DNA from: Chrysomallon squamiferum
Taxonomy: Eukaryota > Animalia > Mollusca
Direction of reading: 5' to 3'
DNA: 64,000 nucleotides
Assembly: GCA_012295275.1 (NCBI GenBank)
Contig: CM022675.1
Span: 7,316,001-7,380,000, forward strand
Part shown: positions 32,331 to 43,310 of the stretch, in pieces
Position numbering within the stretch: position 1 is the first letter of the stretch
How the letters are laid out: each line of letters opens with the position of its first letter
Translations under genes and position numbers: made by a program
The notes under the pieces: model-generated
Told to the model about the DNA's origin: nothing
What the model saw: the letters and a program-made list of their open reading frames with translations, nothing else
Databases searched by the model: none

Positions 32331-34415
32331 GAGGGGTAAGCTTTCATAATAAACATGACAGTTTGAGGTATTACTGGATTGAGATGAGTACATTATGTGG
32401 GAGTACATCTGTCTATCTATCTATATGTGTGTGTGTATGTGTGTATGTGAACAGATGGAAGTATGCACACACAAATGCACAGACAAACTGATGGATACGC
32501 ATTTGAAAATTTGTCCGCACGTCCGTATATGTGTGTGTTGTGTTGTGTGTTTGTCTATTCGTGTTTGACTGTTTTTTTTTATTTAAGAGTATTTATTACA
32601 GTTTAAATATAAAAGTTGCAAAATGATATATCCGGGTTCACCTGTATAGATTACAGGTGCAAATAAATAACTTTAACTATCAGTTCTCATTTTACACTGA
32701 TATCCACAATATAAATACATTTAGAGAACACGTTGACTGAAAACAAAAAAACGACCATATTATTTTATTGAATAATTCTTTTTTTTAATTTTATGTTTTT
32801 ATTTTTATTTTTGACTTACATACACGCATGCATACACCATACATGCGTAAGTATTTCAGAAACATATACAGGATTACGAACACACATACACACATACATA
32901 CACATACATACACACACACACACATATATATACACATTACATGCACGCACTATACTTGCTTATACACATACATGTATTTTACAAGCACAAATGCAAACAT
33001 ATTTACATACAGAAATACATACATACATACATACATACAGACATACATACGACACACACAAACACGTAGAGAGATAGATAGATATATATAGATATATAGA
33101 TACACATATATATATATATACAGAGAGACAGACTGTTTTGTGTAAATTCTCATGTTTACACTTTACAATTTACCTGTACAGGTAGACCTTTCATTGTTGT
33201 ATTTATAACCAACGGCGTGACTCACTGCAATTTTCAATATATCAGATAATTCTTCAGTATCTATGTATATTTAATAGCCTATGTATATATGTATATACGT
33301 GTTAGCATAAGTATATGTAAGTACGTATGTATGTATAAGTATCTATCTATCTATATATATATATATATTTTGTATTTATATATAAGAATGTATGTGTATA
33401 TGTGTGTATGTGTGTTTAAGGATACATGCATGCCTGTTTATTTACGAATGAATACATGTGTTCGCATGTGTACACGAATTATACATGTGTGGGTATGTGT
33501 TTTATGTGTGTATGTGTGTATACATATACATATATATACAGGAACCAGAGCAATTATCTGGCTCCCTGGCGTTTTTTCCCGAAGCTATTTTCATAGTTAG
33601 CGCGCGCGGGTGTTGTCCTCACCAGACTGGAACTACTCTTTCAAGCCGTGTGGCGTTCATTCACTCGCCGCATTGTTTACGTGTTGAGTCGCCACAGTTG
33701 TGTGTCGTCAATGTTCTTTACGTTTTTAATTTTAATATGTTTATGCCTAATTATTTACGTATTTAGATGCCTTGGTACAAGAAAACCGGAAAATCAGGAA
33801 ATCCGGAATGCCTCAGGTCCAAAGGAGTCCGGATAATTGGTCCGGTATATATATATATATATCTATATCTATCTATCTATCTATCTATCTATATATATAT
33901 ATATATATATATATATCTATATATATATATATATAGATATATATAGATATATATCTCTATATATATATATATAGATAGATAGATATATATGTATATATAT
34001 AGATATAGATAGATATATATATATGAACATAATTACTTTTATATATATCCATCTATGAATGTAATAATATGTATCTCTGTATGTAAGTATGTGTTTATGT
34101 GTGTCTGTTTTCACTCTGTGTGTATAACAGTTTCAAATCAATGCTTTATGACGCCTTCCTTAATCGATCTTTAAATAAAATAAAATTTAAAAATGTTTTA
34201 AACATTCATTTCACCCCTGGATAGTTACACAGAGATCTGTAAAAACTGTTGTCAAGTGTAACAGTAACTTGAAATTAAAATGCTGCTTGCTAAACTGCTG
34301 GTTTTGGTTTTTATATTTTTTTGTTCACTTAGACACTGTCTAGAGGTGATAAGGCGAAAATCACTTTAGAAAAGTAAATAGAAGTAACATTTTAAAATGT
34401 GGATCAAGGACAGTG

Positions 34416-34418
<3 letters not shown>

Positions 34419-34494
<76 letters not shown>

Positions 34495-34656
34495 ACGTGT
34501 GTGTGTGAAAAACAAATAGAAAGAACAACCTTGTGAATAACACGTATCTAATACATGACACAGATTACAATTATAACATAGCGTACAGTCATAAATTATT
34601 TTCTAGAAATAAATAACAGTATAGGATTTCCACAGTTGAAATACTGTTTGGCTAAC
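34419..34656 (-). mobile_element. Dispersed repeat fragment with (CT)n tail, copy 2 (inverted)
   Basis: Reverse complement shares blocks such as TGTGGAAATCCTA and CGTGTTATTCACAAGGTTGTTCTTTCT with 24919-25082. Confidence 0.65.
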
Positions 34657-35190
34657 GAGAAAAAAGAGAGAAATAAACAAAGAGGGACAGAGCTGAATGA
34701 AAATGAAAAAGAAAGAATAGAAAGAAGGGAGGAAAAGAGAAAAAGAAAGACGAAAAGAAAGAAAGAATGAATAAAAAACAGAAAGAGAGAGACAATGAGA
34801 GAAGAGATAGTTATTTTTAACCTTTTTTTTTTTTTTTTTCTTTCTTAATTTCTTATACTTATTTTTATTTTTCTATTTTATTTTATTTTATTTTTTTTTT
34901 TTTTTTTATTATTATTATTTTTTTTTTTTTTTTTTATTGAATTATGTCGTTCGTGTTAAAACCGGTTTACCTTTGAGGTAAAACATCAAAGGTTGTTAAA
35001 GGTCTTTCTTACTGTCACTGAATACAGCTGATTGCGGTTATGTTTGTGCACGTTGTTTTTAATTTTTTTAATTTTTTTAATTTTTTAATTTATTATTATT
35101 ATTTTTTTAATTTAATAACAAAAATTTAAACAAAGTCTCACAGATCTGTTATTACGAGTTATCGTTGTACAAGAAAATATTTCGCAAAAA

Positions 35191-35241
<51 letters not shown>

Positions 35242-36354
35242 CAAACAAACATACAATCCTGTCATACTGTAATATCTGTTGTCCCGATCATCCTAGTTTA
35301 AGTAAAATAATAAAGGATTGTTGTGATCTACTGTATCGAATTCTTTATGCGAAGTCTGTGAGCACGTACGCCAGTATTAAATACGTTTATCATATCTGTT
35401 TGTAACCCCAGTGTTAAATACGTTTATCATATCTGTTTGTAACGTTAGTTTAAAAAGACGCTGTCTTGTTGTGTTTTCTGTTGCTTGTGTTGGTGTTTGG
35501 TAACCTCAGTTCACAAGTTTCCTTTATCTGTGCTGTATCTAATATCGTCTGTTATTTTATTTTATTTACATATTTGTTTGTTTGTTTGCTTGCTTGTTGT
35601 TAAATTTTATTTATTTACTTTTGTCGCATTTATTTATTTGTTTGGTTCATTGATTTGAATTGCTTTTAATTTGGTTCGTTTATTTTGTGATACTTCATAC
35701 ACACACACACACACATACATACACACACATATATATTCTTGTGTATTTTATTATCATCATCATCATCATTATCATTATTATTATTATTATTTATTATTTT
35801 GTTGTTGTTGTTCTTATTGTTGTATTTCGCTAAGTTTAATTTCCTTTTCTTACAATATTTACATTTATTTTTTTAATCATTTTCCTCTGCCTTTATCTAC
35901 AAACTACACTTTCTTCTATTACATTATTTGAATAACAATATATATATAAATATATATAAATTTTATCGATAATGGTTTCAAACCAGCCAATTAAATAGCG
36001 TTGTTAAAACCACGTTCTATAAATAACTTCGTTTTGCAAAACTGCACTGAAGAGAGATATTTACTTAGCCAAATAAAACACTTGTATAAAAAAAATGAGA
36101 GAGAGAGAGATTTACTGACAGGTTAAAAGCACCCGAGAATAACTGGACAAAGTACAATTATTTTAGCTGTGTGCATATTTTGACCTTAACTGACCCCGAG
36201 GGTTTAAATTTTGTTTAAATTTGATCTACGTAATGTATTTTCGCGTCATTCATAGCGAGGCCAGGCATGTGTTTATTTATTGAGGGTTTAAATTTTGTTT
36301 AAATTTTATTACGTAATTATTCGCGTTATTCATACTATTACTAGGCATGTATTA

Positions 36355-36514
36355 TTTTATTACTATTATTATTATTATTTATTACTATTATTATTATTAT
36401 TACTATTATTAACTGATTTATTATTATTATTATTACTATTATTACTATTATTATTATTATTATTATTATTACTAGTATTAATATTATTATTATTACTATT
36501 ATTATTATTACTAC

Positions 36515-36566
<52 letters not shown>

Positions 36567-36705
36567 GTTATTACTATTATTACTATTATTGCTATTATTA
36601 CTATTATTATTATTATTACTATTATTATTATTATTACTACTACTATTATTATTACTATTATTATTACTATTATTATTATTATTACTATTATTATTATTAT
36701 TATTA

Positions 36706-36735
<30 letters not shown>
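36355..36735. repeat. (TTA/CTA)n microsatellite
   Basis: Direct inspection. Confidence 0.95.
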
Positions 36736-36736
<1 letters not shown>

Positions 36737-37028
36737 AAACTTCATCTTATAATTTTGAATTTTAAAAATATATCACTCTATATACCTATATGAATTTACA
36801 AATTAACAAAAAAAAATCTAAGTGCATATAATTAACCGCAGTATTATACAAAAAAAACCCCCACTATTACGAAATTTCTAAATTAAAAACAAAAAAATAA
36901 CCCCCAAACACACACTTCACAAACTCATATACACGTGTGTGTGTGTGTGTGTGAAAGATAAATAAAATAACATTATCAACAAAACGCCATTAGGTAATAA
37001 TTCATTTACTGACATACCTTTAATGTTT

Positions 37029-37062
<34 letters not shown>

Positions 37063-37377
37063 TTATATAGTACAAACACCGAGTCCTTGTCGACTGCTAA
37101 TATTAAAAACACTGTACTTTTAACTGTTTTAATATTAATAATATTACTTTAAATTACTATGCGAAATAAAAAAAATATAAAATATATATATATATATATA
37201 TATATATCGCTATTATCCATGCTTGGTTTGTTTGACTGTTGTACAACGTGATTTTGAGGGTTGCTATGATTTATAAGTTATTCACTCTAGGATTTAAAAG
37301 CTCATGTCACGATACAACACACACACGTTTCATATATTTTACTTTTCTTAAAAAAGAAAAAGAAGACATTTTTTTAG

Positions 37378-37408
<31 letters not shown>

Positions 37409-38304
37409 TACATTCAGTCATTTATATTTTACACATACACACTTTTTTATACAGAGACAAACATACATATGTACATTAGAAATACATCGTAACAATATTC
37501 AAACTTACGTACATACATAACACACACACACACACACAAACATATACATTGCACACACCCATACATGCACACGCACACATATACACCAACAAATGTCAAA
37601 AACCCACCCATCCCATTCTGAATTTCAAATTACATATAGAAATCTTTAATTTAAAGAGGACGCATATTTTGTGACGTAATGAAATCTACTGTGACGTTTT
37701 ACCATCCCTGCTTTTTCTTGGAAAAAAAAATTAAAAAAAAAAATTAAAAAAATTAAGGCTTGTGCTCCGTGACGTCATATTACATTTCTCTGTAACCTGT
37801 GGGAAGGCACAATTAAAAGAATCTTTTTGCTGCTAATCTTTTAAGAATGACCTTTGGACGGTCAGATCGATTTTCTTCGTTAATTGTCATTATGTAAATC
37901 TTAATATCGGCCATATTAGTATTAAAATGTACTTTTTTTTCTATTTCTGGTTCAGTGACATATCCGCACGAACACACAATTTATTTTTTGCGTTTTGCCT
38001 ACGTCATCCACCCCGCTACTCTCCTTTCTCTTCGGTGACGTCCGTGAATCAAAATATTTTGTTAAAACGTATTATAAACGGTATCCGCCCAGCTAACTGT
38101 GTGACTGAAATATAGCATATTACACGCTCGAATTATTTTGATTGCTGTTGTCGTGTTTTTGCTTCACCTTCCCACAGAAACTCGTTGATTATAACGTTCA
38201 CCAGAGGTCACGAATCGAATTAATGAATGATGAATAGTGGGAAGGATGAATCTGAAATCAGATGTTGACAGATTCAGACCGCTATACAGAACTAGAAAGA
38301 GTTA

Positions 38305-38407
38305 GAGAGATAGATATAGAGATAGATAGTTAGACAGATAGATTAATAGACAGGCAGAGAGATAGAAATATAGATAAATACAGATATATATATATAGATA
38401 GATAGAT

Positions 38408-38496
<89 letters not shown>

Positions 38497-38708
38497 TAAA
38501 TATACAGATATATGGATAAAAAGATGGATAGAAAGATAGATAAATACAGATATATATATATATAGATAGATATACAGATAGATAGAAAATTATATAATAT
38601 ATAGGTACAGTATTTGTGTGTCTATATATATAAATATATATATGTAAGTTGGTATATAGATCGGTAGATAGACTGGTAGATAGATTGATAGATAGATAGA
38701 CAGACTGA

Positions 38709-38760
<52 letters not shown>

Positions 38761-38785
38761 TAGATAGATAGATAGATAGATATCT
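38305..38785. repeat. Compound (GATA)n/(TA)n/(GA)n/(GACA)n microsatellite
   Basis: Direct inspection. Confidence 0.9.
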
Positions 38786-39154
38786 ACATATAAACCTTAA
38801 AATAACTAACAAGCTAGCGTTAGAGGACAGAGATAACGAGACAGACAGACAGACAGTGTTATCGAAACACAATCATGGCCGCACCTCTGTATCGGATAGA
38901 TTTTCTTTTAATCCTCTTCCCTAACCCCACCTCTTTGATTACTTTCACAAGATAATATATATATATATATGAAGACAAAGACACCCTTTTATCCTGATGT
39001 CCGCTTCCAGCAGGAGAAATATCTTGTATACCTCACACCTTCGTTCTAGATTATGTTTAGTGAATAAAATACTTTAACCCTCCTACGTATTATTTTACAT
39101 TCTAACATTTGTTCTTCTTCACATCGCTGTCCATTTAATCCCCAGGTGTTCTCT

Positions 39155-39450
39155 GTATGTATGTTTGTATGTGTGTATCTGTCTGTGTGTATGTGTGTGT
39201 GTGTATATGTGTGTATGTGTGTGTATGTGTGTGTATGTGTGTGTGTGTGTATATGTGTGTGTGTATGTGTATATGTGTGTATGTGTATGTATGTGTATAT
39301 GTGTGTGTGTATATGTGTGTATGTGTGTATCTATCTGTGTGTATGTGTGTGTGTGTGTGTGTACATGTGTGTATGTATGTGTATGTGTGTGTGTATGTAT
39401 ATATTTGAACGTATGTATGTATGTGTTTGTATGTACGTATGTATGTATGA
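39155..39450. repeat. (TG)/(TATG) compound microsatellite
   Basis: Direct inspection. Confidence 0.9.
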
Positions 39451-39669
39451 ATGTACGTGGGTTTATAGGTGTATATATATATATATACTTGTGCGTATGC
39501 TTGTCTGAATTTATGTCTGTAATTATGCCTCTTTGAATGTATGTACGTATAAACACATGCATGTACGTATGTATGTATATATATATATATATATGAATGT
39601 ACGTCTATGTAAGTAGAAGTCTATTCATTCAACCATCCACCCATACGTCTTTCAGTTTAACTTCAGTTT

Positions 39670-40165
39670 GGAAACTAACCAATCAGAGGACACACGAAGA
39701 TTCGATCTAACTATCCTGTATAAATCACGACTTGTTTGATGACAATGCAAGTTTTTTCGTCACGTGTAATTTTATTTTTAATCTTCAAAAAGGCGTTACC
39801 CCAGTCTTTTATCTTTCTTTTCTTTTCTTTTTTTTATCTCTTCTTTCTATTTCTCTCTCTTTTTTTTTTTTTTTTTTCATCACCTCTGGCGCTGTTCTTT
39901 CGTTCTTTCTATTCTTGGAAAGCGAACAGTTCGTAGAAAGGCTACTCGATACACCTCGTATATTTCATAAATAAAACGGCTGACACTACTACTACTGCTG
40001 CAGCAGACGTCACGATAAATTGTAGGTCAAACGGGTGCGGTCAAATTACCCGAGTTTACAAAGGGTGCATGTGTGGCGTGTCTGGGTATACAGCAAGCAG
40101 AGAATCTGGACAACGGGTGGCAAGCTCAATGTGTGGATGGCTTGGTTTTTACTGCATGGGTAAGA
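39670..40165 (+). promoter_or_regulatory. Putative proximal promoter and non-coding first exon of the sulfotransferase
   Basis: CCAAT at 39679, CpG-containing unique sequence, donor TGG|GTAAGA at 40160, 1.4 kb upstream of the 41544 acceptor. Confidence 0.4.
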
Positions 40166-40444
40166 TTCGTTTTGTCGTCGTCGTTGTTGTTGGTGTTGTC
40201 GTCGTCGTGGATGTTGTTGTTGTTGTTGTTGATGTTGTAATTGTTAATTATTATGAATAGTGGTTGTAGTAATTGTTGTAGTTATCTCGAATTTTCCTGC
40301 GAAATCGTAGCGAATGGTGGTGGTAGTTGTTATTGTTGTCGATGCAGTAAAGTAATTGTTCCTGTCGGCGTAATTATTAGTCGTATTGTGCTGTCGTTTT
40401 CATTATCGTCAGTATAAGGAACAACATCTCTCTATATCTAATAT

Positions 40445-40722
40445 GATTTATTGAAATCATTAGAACATATTGATTAATTTTTTATCATCAGTTATTGTAT
40501 GTCAGACATTTGTTTTATGAATCACTAGAACACATTGGTTAATTTTCTATCATCAGTTATTGTATGTAAAATATTTGTTTCATGAAATCACTAGAACATA
40601 TTGATTAATTTTCTATCATCAGTTACTGTATGTCAAACATTTGTTTAATGAAATCACTAGAAATCATTGATTAATTTTCTGTCATCAGTTACTGTATGTC
40701 AAACATTTGTTTAATGAAATCG
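40445..40722. repeat. 66-bp tandem repeat, about 4 copies
   Basis: TAGAA at 40461, 40526, 40592, 40658; unit ATGAAATCACTAGAACATATTGATTAATTTTCTATCATCAGTTA.TGTATGTCAAACATTTGTTT. Confidence 0.85.
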
Positions 40723-40910
40723 CTGGGTGCTGATGTTTGGGTAAAAGATCAATCATTTTTTTACCACATCGACACATTTTGTTTTTTCCATGTTTGATTT
40801 CGTGTATATATGTTTATGGGAACCAAATAAACACCAACGTTGGTTCGAAAATATATTTATATTTATTATTTATTTTATTTATTTAATTACAAAAATGTAC
40901 TGTTGTCATA

Positions 40911-40960
<50 letters not shown>

Positions 40961-41058
40961 GGTGTACGTACAACCTTTACTACTAAATATAATAAATAAA
41001 AATTATTTATAATTTTTTTCGTAGTAATAACTTTTTGTTTGAATTTTTGAATTTCATT

Positions 41059-41097
<39 letters not shown>

Positions 41098-41544
41098 TTA
41101 TTATTATTATTATTTTTTTTTTCTTCGTTGTTTTATTTTTTTTGGATAAAATCTAAATAAATATTTTTATTAGAAATAAAAATTAATAAATTAATAAAAT
41201 ATATAAACAAATTAAATAAATGTTTAATAAAATAAACACATAATGAATATATTACGTTTTGTCGTTACCTTTTTTGTTCTGTATTTCTTCTTCTTCCCAT
41301 TTACTTATTATTTTATTTATTAATTTACTTATTTACTTATTTATTTACTTATTTATTTATTTATTCAATTACTTACTTATTTTTAATTTGTTTTTATTTA
41401 CATATGTATTGATTTATTGATTTATTTACGTTTTAATTTAATTTTATTTATTTTATATTACATTATTTTACTTATTTATTTATTTTTTATTATTTATTTT
41501 TATATATATATATTTTTTTTAAATATAATTTTATATCTTTCCAG

Positions 41545-41833
41545 ATAACACAAGGAAAAACAATGACAGTTTAACGGAATAAAAACGTCACTATACGATC
41601 ACGTGACTGGATAATTTCCTGTCTGGAGATTCATTCACGCGCCTGGATCGTTTCTTTAAACGATATTTACTCATCTGAATTAATCACGTGACCGGAAATC
41701 CACATAGACAGCCAATCATGTGAAAATCAGATTCTCGGACAAAAAAAATAAAAAAATAATAGGATTGGATACTGACGTGACTGGATCATCACGTGACTGG
41801 ATAACGTTATTGTGATTGGATGAGATTTGCAAA
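41545..41833 (+). promoter_or_regulatory. 5' UTR part of sulfotransferase exon with three uORFs and clustered TCACGTGAC E-boxes
   Basis: uATGs at 41563 (MTV*), 41718 (M*) and 41820 (MRFAK*); CACGTG at 41600, 41685 and 41790. Confidence 0.55.
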
Positions 41834-41927
41834 ATGAGGTGGCTCTGGTCAGCAGTCACTGTAGCCAAGGTTGGACTGTTCTTCCTCAACATCTACGTCC
41901 TCACCATGGTCGTAGTGGTCGTTTTAG
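41834..41927 (+). CDS. Sulfotransferase coding exon 1: N-terminal signal anchor (MRWLWSAVTVAKVGLFFLNIYVLTMVVVVVL)
   Basis: AAAATGA start, hydrophobic TM stretch, donor gtcagt at 41928; exon begins at acceptor ttccag ending 41544. Confidence 0.78.
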
Positions 41928-43123
41928 GTCAGTCTAAAATTACTTTTTTAATTCATTAGTTAATTTAAGAATCAAGAATTAGGCCTACTCCTCTTCGATT
42001 CCATAGTTTTATTTGTTACTTTTGTCAATCAGACTACTGGTGTAAAATTTATAATTTTTGAAATAATTTTATATCCTTTGTTTTTTGTTTCCTGTTGTCT
42101 TATGTGTGTGTGTGTGTGCGTGTGTGTGTGTGCTTTCGCGCGCACGCTGTATGTATGTTTATCTACACTACACGTGTGTTCATCTCCTAATAACGTCTTT
42201 AAATACTGTATTTTAAAAAACCTGTACCTCGTTAAAGTGATCTCAGTAAATTCTATTTTGATTTATGAAAAATTGACTTATTTTTTTCCGCCAATTATAA
42301 GATCAGGTTTTTGGGGTTTAACAAGGTCGTGTTTATTTAACAAACGCTAAACCCCGTTGTTTACGTCTCTCGTATTATCGCAGATTTCTAAATGACCACG
42401 ATCTTTTTGAATTCTATCAAACTGACCCCGACCGGTGTAGTTGTTATTTGTACCCTGGTATAATTTCTTTGTGCGTTTATCTTATCAAAGCGTCCAATTA
42501 GGTTCAGTATTTGCCGAACGTCGCCTGTCAGCTTTCTGAATAAATAACAGTACACAAATGATACAGCCTCGCCGATATCCAGACGTTCATGGGAAAAACA
42601 TGTTTGTGTCATTTTTCTGTGTGGGGGTTTTTGGGGTTGTTGATGTTATTGCCGTTTTATCTACTTTCTTTTCAAAATATATGTTTTGCCATCTTTCATT
42701 TCATGTCTAAGTTTTGTTTTGTGTTTCTCAGTTGAAATTTTTTTTCACGTTCAGTATTTTTTTGGTTCCTTTCTTTATTTCTTTTCTTTAGTATCGTCTT
42801 TGATTTTCTTTGATTTATTTGTTTGTTTGTTTAATAATCCCTCAGAATATAGCCTGTTATCATAAATAATAATAATTTAAAAAATGAAGCAATGAAAGAA
42901 AAAATTAAAAACCATAATTTAACAAATAATTTCAAATTGTGACAATGATGATGATGATGACGACGACGACGATGATGATAAGAACAGTGTATTTTTCTTT
43001 TCTTTTTGTTTTCTTCTTTTCTTTCTATTTTCCTTTCTTCTTCTGATTTCTCTTTTTTTTCATCATTATCATTATAATTTTATTCTTCTTCTGATGTTTT
43101 CTTTATCATCTTCTTTCTTTCTT

Positions 43124-43159
<36 letters not shown>

Positions 43160-43270
43160 CCTTTTCTCCTTCTTCAACAACGGTGACCTACCGTCACGAA
43201 ATATTCACGTGAAACACTTCTGCGGTGACGTCAAAAGCTTCTTTCTTTTGCCTCGTTTTGAACTGTTATA

Positions 43271-43310
<40 letters not shown>

